A DNA stretch of 58,564 nucleotides, the filler included, from an uncultured Acidimicrobiales bacterium (GTDB lineage Bacteria; Actinomycetota; Acidimicrobiia; Acidimicrobiales; UBA10347): NCBI GenBank assembly GCA_943788915.1. It is 3 parts of 3 records of this genome, joined end to end, with 100 filler letters (N's around TTAATTAATTAA, not from the genome) between each part and the next. Parts side by side here need not be neighbours in the genome. Positions count along the whole stretch, not along the records: positions 31,870 to 58,564 come from CALSSD010000026.1; 2 more parts are not named here. One strand, written 5' to 3'. This document shows positions 48,679 through 57,484 of the stretch, one piece after another. The notes below the pieces were generated by a model. It was not told the origin of the DNA and did not search any database. It was given only the letters and a program-made list of their open reading frames with translations. A program made the position numbers and the translations under genes. The stretch's first letter is position 1; each line of letters opens with the position of its first letter.

Positions 48679-50370
48679 ATGACTCACTCGGACCTGACCT
48701 GTCCAACAATCGATCCGGCATCAGCATCTAAGGTCCATGACATGTTCTTTGAGACCACGCTGACGACGGCCAACATCGAAGCCAACCGAACATCGGGATT
48801 GTGGCAGGATACGCACCTATTCGACTCCTTCGCTGAGAAGGCCGCCCACTTGGGCGACAACCCGCTGGTGATCGATGTGGACGGCGTACTGAGCTGGCGC
48901 AAGGCTGCCGAGCAGGTCGACGAGTTGAGCCGCGGTCTGATCGAACTCGGTGTCCGCAAAGGCACGGTCGTGCAGTTGCAGTTGCCGAATCGGCGCGAGT
49001 TCCTGCTGCTCGTCCTGGCCATTGAACGCATCGGTGCGGTGGTCAATCCCATCGCCCCGATCTTCCGCTCCAACGAAGTGACCGTAATGTCGGCACTAGC
49101 TCGTCCTTCTATCGTGATCACGGTCGACAACTTCCGTGGTTTCAACCTGGCCGAAATGCACGTCACGCTGCAAGAGCAGTCGCCATGGGTTGATCACGTC
49201 ATCGTGATCGACACGATGGGCGAAGCGATCCCTGCCGATGCCTTGGAATACGACCGTCTGCTGGCGGTCGGGCGACAGTCGACCATCGACGACCGAACTC
49301 TGGCACTCCTTCGACCAGACCCAAACGACGTGTGTGAAATCATCTTCACCTCCGGCACCACCGGCCAGCCCAAGGGTGTGATGCACAATCAGAACACGTT
49401 GAACGTGGCCGCCGAGTTGTGGCTCGAACGCGTTGCCGAAGGCTGCGACGTATTCCATATGGCATCCACCCTCGCCCATCAAACGGGTTATCTCTACGGG
49501 GTACGAGCGCCGATTCTCGCTGGCGGGACAATCGTGTACCAGCAAGTCTGGGATCCGGTTGAGTTCGCCGGGCTCATTCAAGAGCATGGGATTCATGCAT
49601 CCATGGGTGCTACGCCTTTCCTGGCCGATCTGCTCGATGTCGACGGACTAGCCACCTACGACCTGTCCAGCTTTACGGCGTTTGTGTGCGCAGGCGCAGC
49701 AATTCCGTTGCCCGTTCTGGAACGTGCACGAGACATGCTCCCGTGCACCGTCTTGCCGGGTTGGGGCATGACCGAAACCGCGCTTTCTACGATCGGGCGT
49801 CGCGACGACGCATTTGCGAAGTTGTCGACCGATGGCGTGGCACTAACGGGTAATGAGGCACGGGTAGTCGACGAACACGGTAGGGCGCTCGAGGCTGGCA
49901 TCGAGGGCGACCTGCAGTTCCGGGGTTCGCTCACGTTCATCGGCTATATCCAAGGGCGCGAGTTAACCGAATCGTGTTTCCGCGATGGCTGGTTCGATAC
50001 TGGCGACCGGGCCATCATCGATACCGACGGCTACGTATCGATTTCGGGGCGCACAAAGGACATCGTCATCCGCGGCGGCGAGAACATTCCCGTCAAAGAG
50101 GTCGAGGACGTACTGCTACGACACCCCAATGTGGCCAACGTTGCCGTCGTCGCTCAGCTGCACGAACGTTTGGGCGAGGTCAGTTGTGCAGTCATCCTGC
50201 CCGATGGCGATCCGCCAACTCTGGCTGACCTCATCACGTTCCTCGATGAACAAAACGTGACGAAGCAGTTCTGGCCAGAAGACCTGCGGGTTGTCGATCA
50301 GTTTCCGATGACCCCAAGTGGAAAGATCCAGAAATACCACCTCCGCGACATTGTGAACTCTCCCGCATAG
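48679..50370 (+). CDS. Acyl-CoA ligase, cyclohexanecarboxylate-CoA ligase (AliA)/FadK-like
   Basis: GLW, QLPN, FTSGTTGQPKG, AHQTGYLYG, MGATPFL, WGMTE, KQFWPE and TPSGKIQK motifs. Confidence 0.88.
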   Translation: MTHSDLTCPTIDPASASKVHDMFFETTLTTANIEANRTSGLWQDTHLFDSFAEKAAHLGDNPLVIDVDGVLSWRKAAEQVDELSRGLIELGVRKGTVVQLQLPNRREFLLLVLAIERIGAVVNPIAPIFRSNEVTVMSALARPSIVITVDNFRGFNLAEMHVTLQEQSPWVDHVIVIDTMGEAIPADALEYDRLLAVGRQSTIDDRTLALLRPDPNDVCEIIFTSGTTGQPKGVMHNQNTLNVAAELWLERVAEGCDVFHMASTLAHQTGYLYGVRAPILAGGTIVYQQVWDPVEFAGLIQEHGIHASMGATPFLADLLDVDGLATYDLSSFTAFVCAGAAIPLPVLERARDMLPCTVLPGWGMTETALSTIGRRDDAFAKLSTDGVALTGNEARVVDEHGRALEAGIEGDLQFRGSLTFIGYIQGRELTESCFRDGWFDTGDRAIIDTDGYVSISGRTKDIVIRGGENIPVKEVEDVLLRHPNVANVAVVAQLHERLGEVSCAVILPDGDPPTLADLITFLDEQNVTKQFWPEDLRVVDQFPMTPSGKIQKYHLRDIVNSPA

Positions 50371-50492
50371 GCATTGCTATCGAGCCAATGCCCAGCTGCT
50401 ACTCCTCCACAACGGCACGCGTTCGAGTTAGCGCCCAGCAATGAATCCGGTCTCCCCTTGATACGCACCGCGCCGATCGGCCAATATGGCAT

Positions 50493-51626
50493 ATGCACAT
50501 CGATACCGACGAAGAGTTGGAAGCACTCGCTGAATACTGCGCTGATGGTCGGCGGCGGGCGCTTGAGTATGGGAATCGAGGACCGGTCCGGTTCGTAGGA
50601 GACCGTGCGTTGCATCCCGAGATCGTTGAGGCATATTGGCGCACCGGGTTCTACGTCTTCGAAGGCCTCATAGACAGCGACGAACTCGACGACCTACGTG
50701 TCGGTTTCGAAGACTTCCGTCGGCGGCTACCCAGCCACAAGGGTTCGGATGTCGATATCGACGGCAACCTGGCTGTGGGTTCAGGAGTCGAGGCACGCAC
50801 CGTCCAATGGGGACGGGCGCTGAGCGATCCACTTGGCGGAACCGCAGCCTCCCATGGCCGACATCCGATCAAAATGCATGAACCAAACCTCGCCGACGGT
50901 GCACCCGAAGAAGTCGTCTACGTGGTTCTCGGAACCCTGCAGTTCTGCGACGCTCACCTGCGCCTTTACGGCCATCCCGACCTTTTGGGGATCAGCGCTG
51001 CCCTCAACGGCGACGACTTTGTGCCATTCAACGAAGCCATCTTCATCAAGGATCCCGGTGTTGGTCCATCAGTGGCGTGGCATCGCGATGGTGTGACCCA
51101 CTGGGAATCACCAGACTGGGATCAAGGCACCCACGGCTACAACTTCATGGCTCAGCTCTATGGCTGCGAACCCGAAAATGGTGTATGGATTCTGCCAGGC
51201 ACTCACAAACAGCGCCATGTCGATCTTGCATCGCTGGCCGCCGAGGCCGGAAGTCAGCGATTGCCTGATGCAGTGCCGCTGGTGTGTGCTCCCGGCGATG
51301 TTGCGATCGTGAACCGGCAAGCCATCCACGGTTCCTTCGCCAATACCAGCAGCGAACCACGAGTCACCTTCAACCTGGGCTTCCATCGTCGCAACTCCGT
51401 GATCGGAGCGACCGGCGCTGGTATCCACGGGATGGTCGGACCACTCGACGAGCAGCGCGTCGCCAAACGATCCGAGATGATCGGGTGGGCAATCGCTGCA
51501 CGGGGTCAGCGGCGACCCGATGAAACACCGTTCAACTACGAACCTCTCGCAGGTTGCACTTTTGAGTGGAACGACGACGCCCGAGATCAACTCCACGACT
51601 ACAACCTGCTCGACCTCAGTATCTGA
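50493..51626 (+). CDS. Phytanoyl-CoA dioxygenase (PhyH) family Fe(II)/2-oxoglutarate oxygenase
   Basis: FIKDPG, WHRD (HxD), LPGTH, PGD and IHGS..N...R motifs. Confidence 0.88.
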   Translation: MHIDTDEELEALAEYCADGRRRALEYGNRGPVRFVGDRALHPEIVEAYWRTGFYVFEGLIDSDELDDLRVGFEDFRRRLPSHKGSDVDIDGNLAVGSGVEARTVQWGRALSDPLGGTAASHGRHPIKMHEPNLADGAPEEVVYVVLGTLQFCDAHLRLYGHPDLLGISAALNGDDFVPFNEAIFIKDPGVGPSVAWHRDGVTHWESPDWDQGTHGYNFMAQLYGCEPENGVWILPGTHKQRHVDLASLAAEAGSQRLPDAVPLVCAPGDVAIVNRQAIHGSFANTSSEPRVTFNLGFHRRNSVIGATGAGIHGMVGPLDEQRVAKRSEMIGWAIAARGQRRPDETPFNYEPLAGCTFEWNDDARDQLHDYNLLDLSI

Positions 51627-51657
51627 GCCGCCGTGGCTGTCGCTCGGACAGCGGCGA

Positions 51658-52485
51658 CTATCCCTGTCGACGTTCCCGCAGCTCTCGTTGCGCTCGAGCC
51701 AATGGGTCCTCACGCGTCCAGGGCGTAACGAAGGGCACTCGTGGATTGTGAACAGGGCGACGCGACGTTCGAGGTCGTTCCAGCCGGCCGATCACTTCTG
51801 TCCATACCGCGGTATCGGTGACAAGGTCTTCATGGGAGAGACCGGCCACAACCTCGACTCCAAGTGCGCCGTTCGTTCGCAGTGCATCGATCTGAGGGTC
51901 CTGGGCTAGAAACCGTTGCATGCCGATAATAGGTTCAGGCTCTACTCGCAGGGTCTCCGTTGCCCATTCGTCCATCTCGTCCATGGCGACCTCGTGTTGA
52001 CCCGAGAGTGGCCCCCAATTGAAACGGTCGTCGGAATCCACTGCCTCAACCGCGAGCACATTGGCCGCCAGACACAGAATCGACTCGTTGTACCCACCGA
52101 CCCGGTCGGCTCGTTCTGATTGGTCATCGAGAGCGGTGACAGTCAGCCGCTGCATGCGCGACCAATCCAGCATCGGCTTATACGTGCGTGCAAACGTTTC
52201 CATCGTCGTAGCGGGGGCGATCAGCTCACCGGTCGAGATATCGGGCAGAAGACCCACTAACTCAGACAGCAGGAAGTCGCCAGCGGATGCACGTGTGGGT
52301 CCGGGTACCGAGGCTGGACAGGCGGCGGCAACATGGCCTCGGGCCCCGGCTGGGTCCGATAACCGGGTCTCCCCTGTAGCGACCGCGTATCCGACGACTC
52401 TGCCTGAGGCCTTCACTACGTTATGGCGGCTCGTCGAACGCAAGCCCGTGTGACCCGTCGCTTGATCAGGTCCCGCTCCGATCAC
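51658..52485 (-). CDS. Hypothetical protein, no family recognised (start uncertain, possibly decayed)
   Basis: Open frame filling a gap of about 900 bp; gene-like codon pattern in the central part. Confidence 0.4.
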   Translation of the reverse strand: MIGAGPDQATGHTGLRSTSRHNVVKASGRVVGYAVATGETRLSDPAGARGHVAAACPASVPGPTRASAGDFLLSELVGLLPDISTGELIAPATTMETFARTYKPMLDWSRMQRLTVTALDDQSERADRVGGYNESILCLAANVLAVEAVDSDDRFNWGPLSGQHEVAMDEMDEWATETLRVEPEPIIGMQRFLAQDPQIDALRTNGALGVEVVAGLSHEDLVTDTAVWTEVIGRLERPRTSRRPVHNPRVPFVTPWTREDPLARAQRELRERRQG

Positions 52486-52540
52486 TCCCTGCTGTCGACA
52501 CGATCGCCGGCGGAGAGTTGCGGGCCTTACGCCCAGGTCG

Positions 52541-53596
52541 CTAGAGCGGGAGTGCGGTCGAGAAGTCGGGTACACCTTCCCATCGGCCTGCGTTGCCGCT
52601 GGCTCGCATCACCGCGATCGTCTTGATGACCTCGGGGTTGGCCAGACCGTGCGGCGCAGCCTCGCCGGTGAGTACCCGGATCACGTTCTCTGTCTGCCGA
52701 GCCGTGCACTGGTCAAGAAACGTCGGCGAGAAACCCGCAACATGCGGAGTCACGATGCAGTTGGATAACTGTAACAAACGGTCATCGGACGGGATCGGCT
52801 CCACCTCGGTCACATCGAGCGCTGCCGCTTCGATGGTGCCGGCAGCAAGAGCGTCGGCCAGCGCCGCTCCATCAACGACCGGACCTCGGGATGTGTTCAC
52901 CAAAATCGACGTGGGTTTCATCAAAGCCAAGGTGTCGGCGTTGATCAGATGGCGGGTCTCGACCGTCGAAGAACAATGGATGCTCACATAGTCGGAAACG
53001 GCCAACATCTCGTCGAGCGGCAGCAGATCAACACCCATCGTCTCGGCGGTTGTCGGGTGCACGTGCGGGTCGGCGGCCACAATGCGAGCCGGTCCGAAAC
53101 CCCTCACTCGATTGGCGAACGCACGGCCAATATCGCCGAATCCAATGATGCCGACCGTATGACCGGCGATACGACGCACCGACTCCAGATAATGCACGGT
53201 GAGAGCGCTGTCTGAACTCCAAGCTCCCTCTCGGGTGGTACGGATTGAATCAGGAAGCCGACGGGTCAGGGCTAGGAGCATGGCCATGGCGTGGTCGGCA
53301 ACCTCTGCTGTGTTCACGCCCGGCACGTTGCACGCCAAGATGCCCAACTCGGCTGCTGCAGCCAGGTCTATCGAGTCGACGCCGACGCCCATGCGACTGA
53401 CCACCTTGAGCTTGGGACATGCCTCGAGCACGCGACGGTTGGTCAGTGGCCTGGTGCTGATCGTGGCGCCGTCGGCATCACGCAGCAGATCAATGAACTC
53501 GTCTTCGGTGCTGATCGGGGCCTCGACTACTTCGAAGCCAGCGGCCTCGAGCATGTCGACTCGACTCCATGGACTTGCTTGCACTGCAACCTTCAT
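52541..53596 (-). CDS. D-isomer 2-hydroxyacid dehydrogenase (CtBP/phosphoglycerate dehydrogenase-like)
   Basis: RMGVGVD, EVADHA, GIIGFGDIG, LVNTSRG, LDVTEVEP and TPHVAG motifs. GAGGAG RBS. Confidence 0.9.
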   Translation of the reverse strand: MKVAVQASPWSRVDMLEAAGFEVVEAPISTEDEFIDLLRDADGATISTRPLTNRRVLEACPKLKVVSRMGVGVDSIDLAAAAELGILACNVPGVNTAEVADHAMAMLLALTRRLPDSIRTTREGAWSSDSALTVHYLESVRRIAGHTVGIIGFGDIGRAFANRVRGFGPARIVAADPHVHPTTAETMGVDLLPLDEMLAVSDYVSIHCSSTVETRHLINADTLALMKPTSILVNTSRGPVVDGAALADALAAGTIEAAALDVTEVEPIPSDDRLLQLSNCIVTPHVAGFSPTFLDQCTARQTENVIRVLTGEAAPHGLANPEVIKTIAVMRASGNAGRWEGVPDFSTALPL

Positions 53597-53821
53597 GATC
53601 TGCTCCTCAGGGCGGTAACGAAGATCGACAGCATGTCGCACGCAGCGTGATCGAGGCAAGATGAGCGACATCAGTACCACCCATCAGTCGTTCGACCACC
53701 TCTCCCCCAAGCTCGCTAGGCCCAGTCATCCGAGGAGCGAACAACGTGTCTACTTCTTTCGGTTGGAGCTCGTTGGTCGCGATGGCGGTCGGCAGGGCCA
53801 CGCCGAGTACGTTTCGAGGTC

Positions 53822-55051
53822 GTGACCGTCGTTAACCAGACAGAGCCGGCGGCAAAGCCGTTTGCAGTCTTCTCGACACGCCACTTCGGATATGCGTGGG
53901 CGTGCGGGCTGTTGTGGCATCTCTGCCGTTGGGGCGTTGCGTTTCTTGGCACCTATCTGGTGAATGACATGACTGGCTCGCCTCGTATGGTGCAACTGGC
54001 TGGCACCGTCCTCTACGCGCCGCTACTTCTCGGCGGAGTTTTGGGCGGCGTGATCTCGGATCGCTTCGATCGCCTGGTGACCGTTCGTGTTCAGCTTCTG
54101 GCGCTGATCCCGCTCACCGTTGTGATCGGTGTTCTGGTGAACTCCGACCGACTCGAGGTGTGGATGCTGTACGTCTACATGTTTCTTGTGGGCATTGGAT
54201 GGGTGACCGACATGACGAGCCGACGAGCGCTCGTCTTTGATCTGGTCGGCGAGGCACGTCTCGACAGTGCTATGGCGATGGAATCTCTCAGTCTCTCGAT
54301 GGGCATGGTTCTCGGTGCACTCATCGGTGGATACGCGGTCGATGCCGTTGGCATCGGCGCGTCATACTTCTGTATCGCTGGGTTCTTGCTGCTCGCCCTG
54401 GCTGCCCTCGCCCCGGTGACAACCCCCGCGACGACACGCCGAACCGCCAGCAAGCATCCGGTCCACGACCTTGTCGAAGGCGTTCGCATGCTTCGTACCA
54501 ATCGTCCCCTTGTCGGCATTCTGGGTGTCACCGTTATCGCGAACTTCTTCCTGTTTGCCTACTTCCCCATCATCCCCGTATTGGCCGAAGACCTTGACGC
54601 CTCGGCGTTTCTTGTCGGTCTGTTGCTGGCTGGAACCGGGATCGGCATGATGGTGGGTTCGCTTATCTTCGCCCGGCTGCAACCTCGACGACGCGGAGTC
54701 GTGTACCTGGTGGGGCTGTTCGCTGCGCTCGCTCTTGTCGTGCCATTCGCACTCAGCTCGCAGTACGGCCTTGCGCTCGCGCTCATCATCGGCTCTGGCA
54801 TCGGCAGCGGCTTCTTCGGCTCCACCCAATCAACACTCGCCGTCGCTGCAGTTCCCGAAGAAGCCCGAGGTCGGGCACTCGGACTGCTGTCTATGGCAAT
54901 CGGAGGGCTGCCGGTAGGCATGTACGCGCTTGGCGAGCTAGCCGAACAGATCGGCCCAAGCCGGGCGCTTGCATTCAACGCTTTGGCTGGCATCGCCGTT
55001 CTCACAGTGTGGATCTGGCGCCATCGTGAAGTCGTCGATATGAACGCCTGA
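53822..55051 (+). CDS. MFS transporter (MFS_3/DHA3-like)
   Basis: GGVISDRFDR, SRRALVFDLVG and RGRALG motifs; about 12 TM segments. Confidence 0.88.
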   Translation: MTVVNQTEPAAKPFAVFSTRHFGYAWACGLLWHLCRWGVAFLGTYLVNDMTGSPRMVQLAGTVLYAPLLLGGVLGGVISDRFDRLVTVRVQLLALIPLTVVIGVLVNSDRLEVWMLYVYMFLVGIGWVTDMTSRRALVFDLVGEARLDSAMAMESLSLSMGMVLGALIGGYAVDAVGIGASYFCIAGFLLLALAALAPVTTPATTRRTASKHPVHDLVEGVRMLRTNRPLVGILGVTVIANFFLFAYFPIIPVLAEDLDASAFLVGLLLAGTGIGMMVGSLIFARLQPRRRGVVYLVGLFAALALVVPFALSSQYGLALALIIGSGIGSGFFGSTQSTLAVAAVPEEARGRALGLLSMAIGGLPVGMYALGELAEQIGPSRALAFNALAGIAVLTVWIWRHREVVDMNA

Positions 55052-55063
55052 CAGCCCCCTTCG

Positions 55064-55094
55064 ACGAGCGAACCATTGAGTACGGTTCGCTTGT
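55064..55094 (+). terminator. Hairpin after the MFS stop
   Basis: ACGAGCGAACC-9nt-GGTTCGCTTGT, an 11-bp stem with one G-U pair, 12 nt after the stop. Confidence 0.45.
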
Positions 55095-55195
55095 GAGACA
55101 GCGTCGTCAGCGAGCAACCAATGTGCGTTGGCCAGAACCAGCGGCACGCAGTAGGTTTCCGTTAGTCCCACATCTGACCAAGGGGAAACAGACAG

Positions 55196-56920
55196 ATGAG
55201 TGAGCATGACCTCGTCATCCGCGGCGGCACCGTCATTGACGGAAGCGGCTCTGACCGAAGGACCGCCGATGTCGCGGTCTCCAATGGTGTCGTCACCGAA
55301 GTTGGCCAGGTGTCAGGCACTGGCCATCGCGAAGTTGCCGCAGACGGCAAGCTCGTCCAACCCGGCTTCGTCGACATCCACACGCACTATGACGGCCAGG
55401 CGACCTGGGATAGCCAGCTCGCCCCTTCGAGCTGGCATGGCGTAACCACCATCGTCATGGGCAACTGCGGCGTCGGTTTTGCACCGGTACGGCCGTCAGA
55501 TCATGAACGGCTCATCCGTCTCATGGAAGGCGTCGAGGATATCCCCGGCACGGCGTTGCACGAGGGCCTGCCCTGGGCCTGGGAGTCGTTCGAGGAGTAC
55601 CTCGACTTCCTCGATGGCCGAAGTTATGACATCGATCTGGGGGCTCAGCTACCCCATGCCGCGGTTCGAGTCAATGTCATGGGTGACCGGGGTGTCGCTC
55701 GGGAGCCAGCCACGCCCGATGACATCGCACAGATGGCTGAGATCGCCCGTCGTGCCGTGGAAGCCGGCGCCATTGGGTTTACCTCATCACGTTCGCTGAA
55801 CCATCGAGCATCGACCGGTGAATACACCCCCACGCTGCAAGCTGAGCGCGACGAGATGATCGGCATCGCCGAAGCCCTCGGCGCCGCTGGTAAGGGTGTT
55901 ATCCAGATCATCAGTGACCTGGTCGATTTCGACCAAGAGTTCGCACTCGCCAAAGCAATGGGGGCGCGTAGCGGTCGACCGGTGTCAATGTCGGTGGCCC
56001 AGGCCAAGGGTCGCCCTGACCAGTGGCGCAGGACGCTCGACGCGATGTCGCAGGCAACCGCCGAGGGCGTCGTCATGCGAGGCCAGGTCGGAGCACGAGC
56101 CGTTGGACTCCTCATGGGTCACCAGGGAACGCTGAACCCGTTCATGCACTGCGAGGCCTACAAGGCAATCGCTCACCTGCCACTAGCCGAGCGGGTCGAA
56201 GCGCTGCGCCGAGACGAGGTACGCTCCGCGATTCTCGACAACGTCATCGTCGACAAGGAGTCCCCCATCATTGGCTCGCGGCTCGTCACCAAATGGCACA
56301 TCATGTACCCGCTTGGTGATCCGCCGGACTACGAGCCTGACGCCTCAACGTCACTCGCAGCCATCGCCAAACGAACCGGCGCTGATCCGGCAGTGCTCGC
56401 CTACGACCTGCTGCTCGAACGCGACGGCACGGCAATGATCTATGTGCCAACCGTCAATTACGTCGATGGGAACCTCGACTCTGTGCGCGAACAAATTCTG
56501 CACGACGCCGCCGTTCCTGGATTGTCCGACGGCGGCGCGCACGTCGGCACCATCTGCGATGTCAGCTTCCCCACCACCCTGATGCAATGGTGGGGCCGCG
56601 ACCGACCCCACGGCCGTATCCCTCTCGAAACCATTGTTGCGAAACAGGCCAGGGCGACAGCGGAGACCGTCGGCTTCATGGACCGAGGACTGCTGACACC
56701 GGGCTACAAGGCCGACATCAACGTGATCGATTTCGACGCTCTCACGTTGCATGCCCCAACCATCGTCGGCGACCTGCCCGCAGGCGGCAACCGGCTGATG
56801 CAGAAGGTGACCGGTATCGACCACACATTCGTGAGTGGCATCGAGGTTGCTAGCAATTCCGAGTCCACGGGGGCAACCCCGGGCCGACTCGTACGCGGCG
56901 CACAGAAAGCAGGACAGTGA
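55196..56920 (+). CDS. N-acyl-D-amino-acid deacylase-like amidohydrolase (paralogue of 26627-28336)
   Basis: PGFVDIHTHYDGQ, HGVTT...GNCGVGFAP, MEGVEDIPG, LSDGGAH, DRG...ADINVID and DLPAGG motifs. Confidence 0.92.
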   Translation: MSEHDLVIRGGTVIDGSGSDRRTADVAVSNGVVTEVGQVSGTGHREVAADGKLVQPGFVDIHTHYDGQATWDSQLAPSSWHGVTTIVMGNCGVGFAPVRPSDHERLIRLMEGVEDIPGTALHEGLPWAWESFEEYLDFLDGRSYDIDLGAQLPHAAVRVNVMGDRGVAREPATPDDIAQMAEIARRAVEAGAIGFTSSRSLNHRASTGEYTPTLQAERDEMIGIAEALGAAGKGVIQIISDLVDFDQEFALAKAMGARSGRPVSMSVAQAKGRPDQWRRTLDAMSQATAEGVVMRGQVGARAVGLLMGHQGTLNPFMHCEAYKAIAHLPLAERVEALRRDEVRSAILDNVIVDKESPIIGSRLVTKWHIMYPLGDPPDYEPDASTSLAAIAKRTGADPAVLAYDLLLERDGTAMIYVPTVNYVDGNLDSVREQILHDAAVPGLSDGGAHVGTICDVSFPTTLMQWWGRDRPHGRIPLETIVAKQARATAETVGFMDRGLLTPGYKADINVIDFDALTLHAPTIVGDLPAGGNRLMQKVTGIDHTFVSGIEVASNSESTGATPGRLVRGAQKAGQ

Positions 56921-57426
56921 ACATGGACGAAGTCCCAGAGCTGAACCGGCAGAACCTTGGTGTTCTGGTCGATGACATTCGGTCCGAGGCCGGCCCCGGC
57001 GAAGCGACAAAACGTTACAACCAGGCGTTCATTCAGACGTTTCGAGAAAATGGCGGCCAGATGCCAAACGATCTCGACAAATACCCATGGATGTTGCTCA
57101 CTACTACAGGAGCCAAGTCGGGCAAACAGCGCACCGTCCCGTTGATGTTCTTTGAACGCGACGGTCGGTTCTTCATCATTGCCTCGAAAGGTGGAGCCGT
57201 CGCTCACCCCGCCTGGTATCACAACCTGGTGGCGCATCCCGAAGTCATGGTCGAATACGGCGGAAGCTACGATGCATCACCACAAACAGCGGCCGCGGTG
57301 GTCCTTTCCGGAGCCGAACGCGACGACGTATTCGAATGGGTAGCCGGGATGAACGCAACCTTTGCTGGCTACCAGGCGCGCACCGAGCGCCCCATCCCTG
57401 TCGTGGAACTGCGCTCGCCGAACTAG
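56917..57426 (+). CDS. Deazaflavin (F420)-dependent nitroreductase/quinone reductase, Ddn family
   Basis: FRENGG, LLTTTGAKSG, IASKGG...HPAWYHNL.AHP and YQARTERPIPVV motifs. GTGA overlap with the upstream gene. Confidence 0.9.
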   Translation: MNMDEVPELNRQNLGVLVDDIRSEAGPGEATKRYNQAFIQTFRENGGQMPNDLDKYPWMLLTTTGAKSGKQRTVPLMFFERDGRFFIIASKGGAVAHPAWYHNLVAHPEVMVEYGGSYDASPQTAAAVVLSGAERDDVFEWVAGMNATFAGYQARTERPIPVVELRSPN

Positions 57427-57484
57427 CGGGCGACGTCAACTCTCGGGCTTACGAAGGAAGGTACATCGTTGCCGACGCGGACAG

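Noticed and set aside
53607..53801. 64-aa minus-strand ORF upstream of the CtBP-like dehydrogenase
   Set aside because: No motif or RBS recognised; cannot be distinguished from a chance ORF.
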